From Azolla caroliniana (taxonomy: Eukaryota > Plantae > Polypodiophyta), in NCBI GenBank assembly GCA_043228905.1, contig JBHGNT010000021.1:9424001-9488000 (forward strand): DNA of 64,000 nt. The letters are read 5' to 3'. The translations under genes were made by a program, and so were the position numbers. Shown piece by piece: positions 1-12,928 of the stretch. The notes beneath the pieces were generated by a model. That model was not told the origin of the DNA. It made no database searches and worked only from the letters and a program-made list of their open reading frames with translations. Positions within the stretch are counted from its first letter, which is position 1. Each line of letters starts with the position of its first letter.

Positions 1-630
1 GGGTGTTGCACATCCTGAAACCATCCCTAGGATTGGAAGACAATCCGTCTCTATTACCACTTCTGACCCGATTAGGTAATCTTTATCCGCATTTACTATG
101 GACACAATACCCCAAAGCTTGCGTTTTACTTGGGCGTATCCTTGTTGTCGCTCGCTTAAGACCTTGGTTCTGAACCGGATGGCGTAGCGTGTACCATCCT
201 CCCCTTCTTGGTTTATGACCCATCCGATCCCTATTGGACTCGTATCTACCGTCATGTAGATGGGCACCCCTTCCTTGTATACGGCTTTTCGTAAAGCTAG
301 TGCTCCTATCAACATTCCTTTGAGCCTCTTCACTGCCTCTATGTGCTCTTCCTCCCACTTGAACTTCAGCCCCTTCTTGAGTAGCCCATACAAGGGCTCG
401 ACTAGGTGAGCATAGTGCGGGATCCAAATGTGGTAGAATGCACAGGCACCAAGAAATCGCCTCACATCTGTTTGCGATTTACATTCTTCCCTCATGTCTA
501 TGATGGCGGCCACCTTTGCCAGGGATGGCTTCCGTCCGTATGCCCCGCACAAGTGTCCCACCACAAGGATCTCTGGTTGGCCGAATGCCGATTTCTCACC
601 CGAGAAGGTCAAGCGTGCATCTTCAAGTCT

Positions 631-1341
631 TTATAGAACCTTCTCGCAATTGGAGATGTGATATGCCACAAAACGTCTGCACCCATCCTTGTCCAAGCTT
701 TCATCTTTCTCCGCTTCAGAGCACCCTTTTATGGGGATGTCATCGAGGAACAGCATGGTGATGTCGGGGATGCAATCTCTCAATACCTTGTTCATTGCAT
801 TTACCATGTGGGCTACAGAGTTAGTGCCTCCTTGTGGCAAGGTACACATTCGCACTAGGCTGATAGGGGTCCACATCGTTGTGATGTCCCTACTCTCCAC
901 AGCTAGTTGGAATTGATCATACCCCAAGTATAGATCACCAATCGAATAAATAGACCTTCCAGCGAAGGCCTCGGCGAATTTGTCAACACTCGGTCCAACC
1001 CCGGCATTTCGAATTGTCACTTGATTAACAAGTTGTAGGTCCTGGATGAAGCGTAATGTGTCGTTCTTCTTTGGCACAGTGAACCACCGATTCGAGTATG
1101 GGGCGCTTGATGGCTCGAGGATACCCATCTCGATCTTTTCCTTGAGTAGCTCAATCAACTTCGGGATGTGAGCTCTCGGAACAAGGATTGGCTTGATGTT
1201 CCACGGTACATGCGGCACCATAAAGATCACCATTGGCTCCACGATCTTAGGGTTTACATACCCTATCTCACCCAACGAGAAGGCAAAAGCCCTTCCGTGG
1301 CTTTCGATCATCCTTCTAAATCTTTCCTCCTCCCTAGGCAA
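631..1341 (-). pseudogene. pol: G1 reverse transcriptase fragment
   Basis: Motifs YSNRWFTVPKK, LPQG, FLDDIP; flanked by in-frame stops. Confidence 0.9.
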
Positions 1342-1948
1342 TAGGAAGCCACCCCCACAAATCCGGAGCTTCTGTCGTGTCTCATTGGTGAACTAGTGCC
1401 CTATGCCTCGTGGGTCCCGCAAGCTAGGATCAACCACTACCCCCTTTATCCGATCCCAACTATCGTTAGGCAATGGGGCAGCCACAGGCTTCACCTTCTT
1501 GTCCACGGTCTTGTACTTTGTTTGCACCTTGACAATCCTCGCTTCCTCAATCAACCACTCAAGCACTTCGATGGCGGTGTACATGTCAACTGAGTTTACT
1601 GGAATTACCTTTACTGGAATTACCCTCTCCATCTCTCTAAGAGTGTCATCGAACGAGACCGCCTCCATGGCGCTGCTTATGGTGTCATCTTTCCCCAATA
1701 AATTACATTGTTTGAGATATCTTTCGAATCTCTTGGCCCTAGACTTACCTTTATCACTTAAACTAGTAATTTTACAAGCTCCATTTTTGGAGAACCAAAA
1801 TTGTTTCCTTTTACATTTAATAGTTTTACAAGGGTTTAGGGTCTTAGTTTGCCTCGGACTATTGCGGCCCCACTCTTTAATAGCCCGAATAAAAAATCCT
1901 CTTGGCTATCCCCTTTGAGGGAGGCTCGATTGCGCTCATGGTTGGGCC

Positions 1949-2293
1949 TCACCGTAAGGAATTGGACCGAATGTTCCCATCTTGGCTCTTGACCCTCGCA
2001 TATGTTGACCCATTGTCTAGCACCTTCGTCTCCATGCGAGCCGCCGTGATGTATGGTTCACCCAAGATGACCGGGTGCGAGGACATCTCTTGAACAAAGA
2101 AATGTTGATCTATTTCTATGTCCCCCACCTTCACACGTACATTCGGGCAAGCCCCGTATAGCTCCTCGGTTGCTCGGGTTGCGGCTCTAATCTTCCACCC
2201 GTGCTTCGTGTTAACCGGGCACTTTGCCATTTTATAAAAGTCCATGGACATAAGGTTGATCTCAGAGCCATGGTCGATCAATGCTACAACCAA
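1949..2293 (-). pseudogene. pol: G1 aspartic protease fragment
   Basis: ALIDHGSEINLM and VILGEPY motifs. Confidence 0.85.
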
Positions 2294-2954
2294 CTCTTTT
2301 ACATCTCCGACCTATACCGGTGTCTCCGTTGTCGCTCTCGCCCAATGCGGCCTCGTGTAGTGACTGTCCGCATAGTCTTTGTCTTCCTCAGGAACCTTAG
2401 TTGACAATGCATTTACAATCGCAGGCTTTGCCACTTCTTGCTCCGTCGAGAGCCGCTTCCTCTTCATTAGGTCAATGATGACCTCGTGGAATTCTTTCTT
2501 GGCAATTCCGAGGACCTCTCATAGAGTAAACTCTACGCGACTATCGAGGATCCTCTCCTCCACTACCTTCTTCAAGTCCGTTGCTTGTTCGATCTCCGAG
2601 CAAAGCTTGAAGTTGGGGGGGGTTCCCATTCACTTTCCATCTTTCGTCGCGTGCTTAAGACTGGTTCAGTTCTTCCCTTCTTCGTGCACCTCAAGTGTCG
2701 TATTTCCTTGATGGACCGGCTTCCTCGTCATTTCCTACCTTCTTCTCTTCTACCATTACTTCGTAGTTTTGGCAAGCGGCTTCCACTAAGCATGTCTTTT
2801 CTTCCACCGGATCCTTCCACCCGGTTGCTTCTTGGACCCTTCTTTCCGCTTCGTCCGCTTCTTCTCTTTTGAACTTCCCCTTAGAGAGGCTTCCAAGGAT
2901 TGACAACCAAAAGTCTAACTATTTCTCCTCTTGCCTCCTCACCTCTTTCCCCAC

Positions 2955-3932
2955 TCAGATCCCAACCGATGCCGAGTAGTGGACGGCTTCAACATGTCGT
3001 GCTTCGGCCTCCTCCATTACCCTTCTCATGCCCCCTTGGCCTTGATTCAATCCCAAGGGGTGCCTTTTCTCCGTCGAATAGACCCTATTGTTCCAAAGAT
3101 AGACAATATCCTTTCTTAGGGCCTCTTGAAAGTCTCCACACTCCCTTCGTAGGTGGTCGGGGTTGTCGCACCACATACATCTTTGCGAGAATGGGGGACG
3201 TCTATCTTGAGGGCCGTCACTCTCTCTCCTAGCTTGCGTTATTTGGAGATCTCGCACCATCTTTGTGAGCTCATCTATTGCCGACCCTCCCGACGGTGCT
3301 TCAACCATGTTTCTCTCGGGGACGAACCTTGCATTTGCTTGCTCTCTTTCTTGAGGTATTCTACCACCCCTGGCTTCATGTGTCTCACTAATGGAACCTG
3401 TGGATGTTTGGCCGCTCAACGGACACCCGTCGTTCCATTCCCTTCTCTGATCGAAGCGGCTACAAACCCATTTTACCATAACCCAATCTGTCGTGAGCCC
3501 ATCATCAGTTTCAAGGAGGGATCCCACCTTCTCTTGGTCTCGTGCATCAACAATATTTATGAATAGTAGAACCTTTCTTGTGTCAAGCACCATCCTATCG
3601 AGAGCCGAGAGCCGAGAGTCGCGCGAAGCGCTTCTCAAATTCTTGTAAAAGTACCATAGTATTTCTCCCCTTGCCGGGAAGCTTAACCCACTCCATTAGA
3701 TCCCTTTTCGAAATTCTGAGTGAGTCATCAAGGCCGTACTTCTCGAGGAGTCTTTCTTCGAACTCCACCCAATTGCAACAATCCGCTTGGATCTCAAGTA
3801 ACTCTACGTGGATACTCGGCGTTACCACTCTAGCGAATCCGGTTAGCCGCCTATCTTCGGCGATGTTTCGCATAAGCATTTCGGCCTTATAGGCATCCAA
3901 GTAGCTCGTGATATCTCTTCCATTGAACCGAA
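2955..3932 (-). pseudogene. gag: G1 gag (frameshifted; N-terminus at 8621-8720)
   Basis: CX2CX4HX4C knuckle; reading frame continues on the other side of G2. Confidence 0.8.
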
Positions 3933-4372
3933 TGTTGTCGTTTAGGAACACGGTCCGTGGTCAGTCCTTCGACCTGGACTCCAAGGTAGGTGTGGAACAA
4001 CGAACAGGGTTTAAGCGTAATGTGTAAGGGGAGAACCTCTGTAATTCTGTCGCCGTAAAAGGGAAGACGGCTACAACCGAATCCCTATCACAAGTTACAC
4101 TTACGTACTACTATGCTTAAGTATCCGAGACACCGACACTGAATTAGCCGCAACTATACATAGAAACTCAGAGAAGATAGAATTCTATTATCAAGCGTTC
4201 TTTACATTTCCAAAAATTACACGCACCTCCATAAGAGGTTTTCTGCCCTTTATATATGCAGGGTCTAATTAGCCGTTCACGCTTCCTGCGTGAACCGTTA
4301 CATGCGTTATGCTCTTATATAGTTTCTTATTCCTATGCTTTTGGCTGTCGGTTACTATTCCGGCGGACAACA
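3933..4372 (-). repeat. G2 3' LTR
   Basis: Direct repeat of 8181-8620; termini TGTTG...CAACA. Confidence 0.95.
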
Positions 4373-4374
4373 CT

Positions 4375-4415
4375 TGGCATGCCTGTGGGACAGTGCCTTT
4401 GCACATCGGACCCAT
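4375..4415 (-). other. tRNA-3'-end-like motif replacing the PPT (G2 copy)
   Basis: Minus strand ATGGGTCCGA-T-GTGC-AAAG-GCAC-T-GTCCCACAGGCATGCCA-AG|LTR. Confidence 0.85.
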
Positions 4416-4566
4416 CCCGTTAATCCTCTTCCAAAATGGCCCGGATGTTCGGCTCTGTTGTGGAATAGTTACGCTCTGCTGCTGACAATTTACGACTTGC
4501 ATAGTATACTGGCCTGTACTAGTTTGGTTCGGTGAGTTGCATTAGCGCGCTTCCTATTGCTATGTC

Positions 4567-5589
4567 TCAGGCGTCGACGAACACGTGGAATGGCTTCACC
4601 CAAACTGGAGGTTGTACGACGGGGGCCTGTGTGAGCATTATCTTAAGTGCCTCATAGGCCTTATCCTCTGTTGCAGTCCATTGGAAAGGAGTCCGATGTA
4701 CGACAATGTGTAGTGGCATGGCGAAGTCCGCCAAATACCGTATCATCCGACTATGCCACCGTATTTGTCCCAAAAATCGGCTAAGTGATTTGGCATTTGT
4801 TGGAGTTTTAGCTTGCGTAATAGCGGAGATCTTGTTTGGGTCGACTGCTATTCCTTCTTTGCTGACAATGTGGCCTAGGAGAGTCCTGCTGGTCACGCCG
4901 ACGACACATTTCGCGGGATTCATGCTTAAGCGTGCGGTGTGGCAATGTTCCAGGCACAGACGTAAGTGCGAAAAATGGTCTTTTGTTTGCCCATATACCG
5001 CAAAATCGTCTAGAAAGACTTGCATGAATGCCGGAATGTATTCACCAAAGATCTCCGTAATTGTTTGTTGAAATGTTGCCGGCGTTGTCTTTAGCCCGAA
5101 CATCATGACGACTGCCACATATACTCCCCGGTCCATGACAAACGCCGTCTTCTCCTGGTCCTCGGGGTGCATGCGTACTTGGTTATAGCCACTGAAGCCA
5201 TCTAAGAAACTGTACATCTCATGGCTTGTGACGGCGTCCAACACGCTATCGGTGAAGGGTAAGGGAAATGCGTTCATAATGGTTACGGCTTTTAATTTTC
5301 GGTAATCTACGCATACCCGTATTTTGCTGTATTTCTTTGGGACAACCACTATCGGGCTTAGCCATGTCGCTTGTTTAACCGGCCGTATGAACCCCGCCCT
5401 CAGCAGCTTGTCAATTTCTTCTTTCACGCGGGTCGCGTAATTGGGGTTCATGCGGTAGCGGCGCTGTTGGACAGGTTTCGCGTCAGTTTCTAAATTGATC
5501 TTATGCTGATAGAACTTGGGATCTAACCCCTTCATGTCCTCGTGAGCCCAAGCGAACACATCTTTATATTCCGTGAGTAGTGTGATCAT
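4567..5589 (-). pseudogene. pol: G2 reverse transcriptase
   Basis: RVCVDYRKL, FLDGFSGYNQ, MMFGLK, FLDD motifs. Confidence 0.93.
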
Positions 5590-5973
5590 TGTGATTCTCT
5601 GGTCCGGCCTTAATTCCTTTGTGATGGAGAGGAACCGGGGCTCCGATTACATACCCACATTCACTTCGTCGAGAGCGAAAGCGGTGACTCTGCTGAGTTC
5701 CAATATGGACTCTGGGTTTGGTTCGTATGGCTCTTCGTGCGGAACAGTGGCCGTAGTATATTCTGTCGCAGTTGCGATGACATCTATTTCGAACAGCTGA
5801 ATAATCTGAGGATGTTTGTCAAGGTACGCTTCCAAGTCGGCATCCTCCACCCCAACCAACATATTTATGTCTTCCGCGTAGAACGGTGTTATACCCTTAG
5901 GTTGTGGCGTGTTGCCTTCCATAGGTACGCGAACCTTGGTGCATCCATGCCGGAAACTGATACACTCGTGTTG

Positions 5974-7890
5974 CTAGCTCTGCTTGATATTTGCTGTCCG
6001 AAGCCATGGTCTGCCCAGAAGCACTGGGTACGCTCCTGGGGCATCCAAAGCGAGGACGACCGCCGATATGTCGAAGCGGTGTCCGCCCACGATGATGCCT
6101 ATTTTGCGAATTAACCCCAACGGTCGTACTGAGCGGGTATCTACCATGCGGAGCCAGAATGGACACGCCTCCCATTCGGAAATGCCTAACTGTTTGCAAG
6201 TTTTCGTGCTAATCACATTGACGCCTGAGCCGCTGTCGATTACGAATCCAGGAACTTCCTGTCCGTGCAATATTACTGTAATAGCCGGGTTGTGCTGATC
6301 CACCACCGGTGGTCCATCGCTGACGTTTGTCAGGTTTATGGCAACGCTCACCCCGGGCATGCCCACCACATGTGCTTCCATGGTCTGGCGGAAACGTGGA
6401 ACTAGCTGTAGCAGTTTTTCCATAGTTAACGTGATTTCACAGCCTGCTAACACCTGCCAAATGGGGTCCGACCCCGGTCTTTCGTTCTCTGTTCGCTCCA
6501 TTGTGTTCGCGGACTCCTGCCGCATACGTTCCGTATTGTTCGTGTTTGCTTTTTCCACCCAAGCTTGGGCTTGTCGTCATACCTCGTCTTGCGCAGCCCA
6601 ATCCGCCGTTTTTGTTTGCTGGCGTGTTGTGACTTGTTGCACCTCCGCCGTAATCGTATTGATGGCGGGCCCCTTTCCCTTGCATGCTGGGCATTGCGTG
6701 GCATAGGGTTCGGGTTGCTGACAAATAAAACAATGGATGCTTGGTTCTCCCTTCTCAGTCCCAGGTGGTGTGTGCCGCTCTCCAAGCGCTACTTGCTCTT
6801 CGCGGTCCGGCCTTGTTTGTCGGGACGTACGCGGTGGCTGCTGTTGGTCCCGTCGTTGTTCCTGGTGCCGCTCATCCCCCGAGCTTTCGTCGTAACGCCG
6901 GTGATCCCTATATTGCCGAGGCTTACCCCGATAGCCATTGAAGCCACCCCGTTTGTTTGTTGGGCGTTGATGTTCGTATCGTTGTCCCCCTTTGGCGTAA
7001 CTCGGATGTCCACGATAATCCTTGTCCTCTGGGTCGTCCTCCTTGGACTCGTTGTGATTCCGGCGATTCCGGTTGTATCGGTCCTCCCGCGGGTTGCGAT
7101 CCTTATACCGAGGTCGGTCTTCTTGCCGCCTTTGTTCCGCCCGGTGCGGTTGACGCTGTGTGTCCATGTTGCGGATCGCGGGAGTGGCTCTGTTTAACAT
7201 ATTGTACTCGTATCGGTCGACTGTGTGAACCTTCGAGTGGAAGATTGGGTAGTGGATTCACATATTGCACTCCACCGCGGAATGCCCCGAGTTCAAGCAA
7301 ATCGTGTACTGGATTGCTTGACGAAATTGGCGTTCCTCATCCTAAGGTAACGCTTGTCGTAAGGATGACATCGAAAACCTCTCCTCCTCGTCATCCAACT
7401 CGAGCTGTAACGCTCGTTTAATCACCACATCCGTTGTTTCCCCTTTCACACTATTGTTGTTGAGCGTTGCCAGGATGGGCTGGTGTAACGCTGCCAGAAA
7501 TGTCTCCCGAGCCTCCTCCTCCGCGGGGCTTCGTTCCAGTTTCCGTCGTAAATTTTGGAAACGTAAGCTGAAGTCTGCTATCGTCTCGGTCAGTAGTTGC
7601 TTAATTGTATAAAACTGCCCGAGAATCTCGCGTTGTGGAACCCTCCGATGGAAGAATCGCAAGAAAGCGGATTGCAGCTGATCGAAGGTTGTTATGGCTG
7701 GTAAGTCCATCTGTGAAGGCCAGAACGCCGCATGCCCATCTAATGTTAATCCGAACTCTGTCATTTTTGACTGGTGTGCCACCGTCTCAGAGAGATTCTA
7801 CACCATGTGGCTTGCATTCCAAACATTCAAGAACATGCGAATATGAGTTGCGGCGTCGGTTTCGCCGTTAAAGCGAGGGTAGGCAAAGGC
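5974..7890 (-). pseudogene. gag: G2 gag-protease (disrupted)
   Basis: Retrotransposon-gag-like 7342-7782, degenerate knuckle CFICQQPEPYATQC, protease VIDSGSGVN / LLGRPWL. Confidence 0.85.
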
Positions 7891-8180
7891 CATAGTGGGA
7901 GCTACGGCGGATCGGAAACGGTCACAGGGTGGTTGCGGTGAGCGTGGTCCTCGCGTCTCGTCAAGGTATTTGGGGAGAAAAGAATCCGCTTTGCACTCAC
8001 GGCAGGTACTACTGAGGTCGCTGATGCGCGGATTTGCCGGGCGTGTTCTTTTGCCTGGCGTTTGACGGACCTTGTTATTGGCCGGTCTTGTCTTGTTGGT
8101 TCTCTAGGCCGTCTGCGGCTAAACATCCATTCGTTGTTGCTCGTCTGTGAGGAAACACAAATCACCAAGCGTGCCAAAAG

Positions 8181-8620
8181 TGTTGCCGTTTAGGAACATG
8201 GTTCGTGGTCAGTCCTTCAACCTAGACCCCAAGGTGGGTGTGGAACAACGAACAAGGTTTAAGCATAATGCGTAAGGGGAGAACCTCTGTAATTCCTTCG
8301 TCGTAAAAGGGAAGACGGCTACAACCGAATCCCTATCACAGGTTACACTTACGTACTACTACGCTTAAGTATCCGAGACACAGACACTGAATTAGCCGCA
8401 GCTATATACAGAAACTCAGAGAAGATAGAATTCTATTATCATGCGTTCTTTACATTTCCAAACATTACATGCACCTCCCTAAGAGGTTTTCCGCCCTTTA
8501 TATATGTAGGGTCTAATTAGCGATTCACGCTTCCGGCGTGAACCGTTACATGCGTTATGCTCTTATATAGTTTCTTGTTCCTACACTTTTGGCCGTCGGT
8601 TACTATTCCGGCGGACAACA
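8181..8620 (-). repeat. G2 5' LTR
   Basis: Direct repeat of 3933-4372; followed on the minus strand by a tRNA-Arg-type PBS. Confidence 0.95.
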
Positions 8621-8763
8621 CCGACCCATTGTGCTGACCACCGTCTCTAAGGCCCGTTCTAGGCCGGTGACGCCTTCTCGGGCATTTACCAAGCGGTCCA
8701 CCACAGCCGCCATTGCTTCAGCGAGTTCTCCTCCTCGCATTTTGGTTCTCCCTTGCCGCCCTT

Positions 8764-8780
8764 TCACGTCGGGTTCATCA
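8764..8780 (-). other. G1 primer-binding site, tRNA-Trp-like
   Basis: Minus strand TGATGAACCCGACGTGA, one mismatch to the complement of the plant tRNA-Trp 3' end as recalled (TGGTGAACCCGACGTGA); 5 nt inside the LTR end at 8786. Confidence 0.75.
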
Positions 8781-8785
8781 ATTTA

Positions 8786-10135
8786 TGTCGCAAAGTTTCA
8801 CACATGTGTGTTACTTGGGCGGGACCACGGGGGTCTTGGTCTAGGGAGTACTCAAGGGATAGAGAAGACCCGAGGTTTGCTTTACAACAATACTACTTCC
8901 CTACCCCTTCCCGAGCAAGGTCTCGTTGCCCTTTGTTTTGTGAGGCCGGTGGCTCTCGTTGATCATGACTCGTCGACCTTACGAGATCACCGCACAAGCC
9001 AAGTGACCAAACGGATCAAGCAAGATGATCACGCAACATGAACGAACAAGGGGACGATAACACAAACACGAATGTCCGTACGTCTTTATGAGGAGGAGAG
9101 GTGCATGGGCAAGCCCGAAACGGTCCCTTGTCATAGGACGACCGAACGTACACGAAAGACACAAACACATGCATAAATGCTCGTACGTCTTTATGAGGAG
9201 GAGAGGTGCATGGGCACGCCCGAAACGCTCCCTCGTCACAAGACGACCAAACGTACAAGGAAGACACGAATAAAGAAAGAAGAAGAGAAAGAAACACAAA
9301 TGATATCGACCAAAGAGATAAATACGTGTTCGATTCCAACGCAAGAGGACCCTTTATAAAATAGGGTTTTGTTTACAATGGCAACTTATAGTTAACCACA
9401 AGCTCAATCAAAACATAAATATTAAATGCCCTTAGAGACAAAAGAAAATCCCTACACGGCGAAGATGAACACACGAGCACCACCAAAATGCCAATCCCAA
9501 TGAACTACGACCACTCGAGCGGCGAGCACACATGCTCGCAACGACGAACAAGGCGGAGCAACGTCGAACCAACGAAGCTTGGGTTCACGTGCACTTCGAG
9601 TGCCGACGTGAAGAAGACGAGCACGTGGCGATGGGGGGATGAAGGGGTATGAGATGAAGAGAAGTGGTGAATAAGAAGATGAAGAGCTTCGAAGGAAAAT
9701 TGGTGATAGTCTCCTCCTCCCAAAACGTCCTCCCGAATGAGCCCCCCCTCGACCTCCTTTTATCGGAAAAAACGAAGGGGGGGTCGCCAAATTTGTCTTC
9801 AATGAAAAAGGAATAAAATTCCTTAAATCACGCTGCACTTTAAGTCTAGATTCGAACCATGCACCTCTAGCTAGTAGTCAATGTGACTATCTACTATCCC
9901 ACTAACTCTCTCTTATATACTATATATTTTTATCTCTACAAATTCTTAGCCTGTCTCTCCTCTACATTTTATCTCGCTTGTCTCTTACTTTTTGTGCGGG
10001 CTTCTATGCATCCTTTCCACTCTTTCTTTTCCCTTTTATTTTGCATATGCACAACTAATCGGTTTTGTGTGCACACACATTGCACATGCACATTTTTTAC
10101 CCCTCCGTTTCGCCGGTTTTTCCCACTCTCGATCA
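8786..10135 (-). repeat. G1 5' LTR (~1.35 kb; right end approximate) with an internal 105-bp tandem duplication at 9077-9267
   Basis: TGTCG terminus next to the PBS; TATA-like ATAAAAGG on the minus strand near 9760; abrupt switch to G3 RT at ~10136. Confidence 0.65.
9845..9906 (-). promoter_or_regulatory. tRNA-like A/B-box segment in the G1 LTR
   Basis: Minus strand TAGTGGGATAGTAGATAG...GAGGTGCATGGTTCGAATC. Confidence 0.5.
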
Positions 10136-12784
10136 GCGTCGCTACCGCATGAACCCGAACTACGCGACCCGCGTTAAAGGAAAAATTGACAAACTCCTAA
10201 AGGCGGGATTCATATGGCCAGTTAAACAAGCCACATGGTTAAGTCCGATAGTAGTCATTCCAAAGAAAAACGACAAAATACGAGTATGCGTGGATTACCG
10301 AAAATTAAACGTCGTAACCATTACGGATGCATTCCCTTTACCATTCACCGATAACGTACTGGACGCCGTCGTAGGGCATGACATGTACAGTTTTTTAGAT
10401 GGCTTCAGTGGATACAACCAGGTATGCATGCATCCTAATGACCAAGAGAAGACCGCATTTGTCACGGACTGGGAGTCTATGTGGCAGTCATCATGATGTT
10501 CGGGCTAAAGACGGTGTCGACGACATTTCAACAAACAATCACAGAGATCTTTGGGGAATATATTCCGGCATTCATGCAAGTTGTTTTAGACGATTTTGCG
10601 GTATATGGGAAAAGAACCGACCATTTTACGCATCTGCAAATGTGCCTAGAACGTTGCCGCACCGCACGCTTAGGCATGAATCCCACGAAATGTGCCTTCG
10701 GCATTACCAGCGGGGCTCTCCTAGGCCATATAGTCAGCAAGGGATAGCGGTCGATCCGAACAAAATCTCTGCGATTACTCAAGCCAAAACTCCGACAAAC
10801 GCGAAATCACTCAACCGGTTTTTAGGACAAATACGATGGCATAGTCGGATGATACGATACTTGGCGAACTTCGCCACCCCGTTACATGCCGCCGTGCATC
10901 GGACTCCCTTCCAATGGACTACAACGGAAGACAAGGCGTCTGATGCGCTAAAAATAATGCTCACGCAGGCACCCGTCGTACAGCCACTAGTTGGGGCGAA
11001 CCCATTCCACGTGTTTATAGATGCCTCAAACATTGCAATAGGAAGTGCGCTAATGCAGCTCACAAAACTGAATTGGTACCGGCCAGTGTACTACGCGAGT
11101 TGCAAATTATCAACAGCAAAGCGTAACTATTCCACAACGGAGCATGAGGCATTGGGGATGATCTATAGCATCAATAAATTCCGGCATTATCTATTAGGGA
11201 GGAAATTCACGTTCCACGTAGATCATTCGGCACTACTGTATTTGGTGGAGAAACAAGCACTGACGGGGAAATTGGTGCGATGGATGCTGCTGCTTCAAGA
11301 ATTCGATTTTGTAATTCAGCACCGCCCCGGGTACACAACACGTAGTGGTAGATTTTTTGAGCAGACTTGATAATGGAGAAATGCCGCAGAAGGACGACGC
11401 CGACTTTCCGGACGCAAACATTATGCGGGTAGCAGCACTAGCAGGAAGAATGGAAACGACCTTTCCGGACTGTTGGCTCATGGAAATGACCATACTTTTT
11501 GACTACGGGACTACCCCCACCACAATTACGCATGGACGAGAAGAAACGATTAGCCGTCCGGAGCCGTAACTTCTGCCTAGTAGAAGGAATCTTATATCAC
11601 AAAGGTAGTGATGGTATTTGGCGACGCGGTATACATCAGGATGAGAAAGAAGCGGTCTTACGGGAGGCTCACTACGGAATGGCAGGCGGACACTACGCAG
11701 GCGATGTTATGGCCCGGAAAATATGGCAAGCAGGCCTATGGTGGCCTACTACACAAAAGGACGCATACGAGTATTTTAGAAAGTGCAATTTGTGTCAACG
11801 GATGGGCCATCCCACGGAGGGCGCAAGAATGCCACACCAGCCCGTATTCCTGTTAGGTCCCTTCCAAAAGTGGGGATTGGATTTTGTGGGCCCCTTCACA
11901 CCGGCGGTGGCCCAAACGGGCAATAAATACATATTGGTGGCCACGGATTATTGCACCAAGTGGGTAGAAGCAAAGGCATTACGAGAGAATATGACGGCCG
12001 TCACAACGAGATTCCTTTACGAACACATCTAGTGTCGGTTCGATTGTCCGATTGAGCTTATCAGTGATCAGGGGAGCCACTTTCTCAATACAGTGGTTCG
12101 TGAACTAACACATCATTACGTCGTAGTCCACAAGAACAATACACCATATTATCCACAGGCGAATGGGATAGCGGAATCCACCAACAAGACATTGCAGACC
12201 ATATTAAAGAAAATCGTCAATGAAAATAGAATGGATTGGGATACCAAATTACATAGTGCGTTATGGGCGTACAGAACCAGCTACAAAACAAGCATACAGT
12301 CAACACCGTTTCAACTCGCATTTGGGCTGGAGGTCGTTATACCGGTAGAGTTCTAGATACCAGTTTACGGATTCAGGTACGGGACCGCCTATCGGAAGCC
12401 AAGTCAGAGGAAGTACGGCTCAACTAGCTACTCGAACTCGGCGAAAAACGCATACATAGCATGGCTGTGTTGGAGCAGGAACAACGACGGTGTAAAGCAT
12501 TTGTGGATCGACATCGGAACGTACAAGAAAAGGATTATGCGGTCAATAGAGCGGTACTGGTTTTCCAAACCCACATGGGCCATATGCCAAGAAAATTACG
12601 ATTCCGCTGGACATGCCCGTACTGGATAATAGGAGCGGAACAAGGCACGTTCCAACTGGGCACGTTGGCCTGGGAAGTATTACGACAGAAGGTGAATGGG
12701 TTTCGCCTTAAACTTTATTTGGGACCTACGCCACCTAACCCATTCCCCGCCGGAAAGGACAAAGCCGAAGAATCCGCGGAGTAA
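10136..12784 (+). pseudogene. pol: G3 pol (RT-RNase H-integrase), frameshifted
   Basis: [29 protein letters not shown] motifs across several frames. Confidence 0.92.
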
Positions 12785-12928
12785 GTAGACAGCCCTACTT
12801 GTATCATAGTGTAAAAATAGGCTTGTATGTAACCGTTAGGAAAAAAGAAGAAGAAGAAGATAGCGATGCTATTAAAAAAGGACTAAAAGCATGCACAGAC
12901 TTCTAGACCAAGAACACGCGACACCACG

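Larger units (their letters stand above)
3933..8620 (-). mobile_element. G2: internally deleted Ty3/gypsy element (gag-PR-RT, partial RNase H), same family as G3
   Basis: LTRs 3933-4372 and 8181-8620 (TG..CA, 440 bp, several percent diverged); TSD CCGAA/CCGAC; PBS TGGCACGCTTGGTG at 8163-8176; protease 5974-6558; RT 4567-5589 (FLDD). Confidence 0.93.
1..10135 (-). mobile_element. G1: Ty3/gypsy LTR retrotransposon (non-chromovirus type, tRNA-Trp PBS); 3' part runs off the left edge; interrupted by G2; itself inserted in the RT of G3
   Basis: Minus-strand gag starts ~8720 (MRGGELAEAM..MGR) and rejoins in frame to FNGRDITSYL across the G2 insertion. Zinc knuckle CMWCDNPDHLRREC, protease LIDHGSEIN (1949-2293), RT with FLDD (631-1341). 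5' LTR ~8786-10135. Confidence 0.85.
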
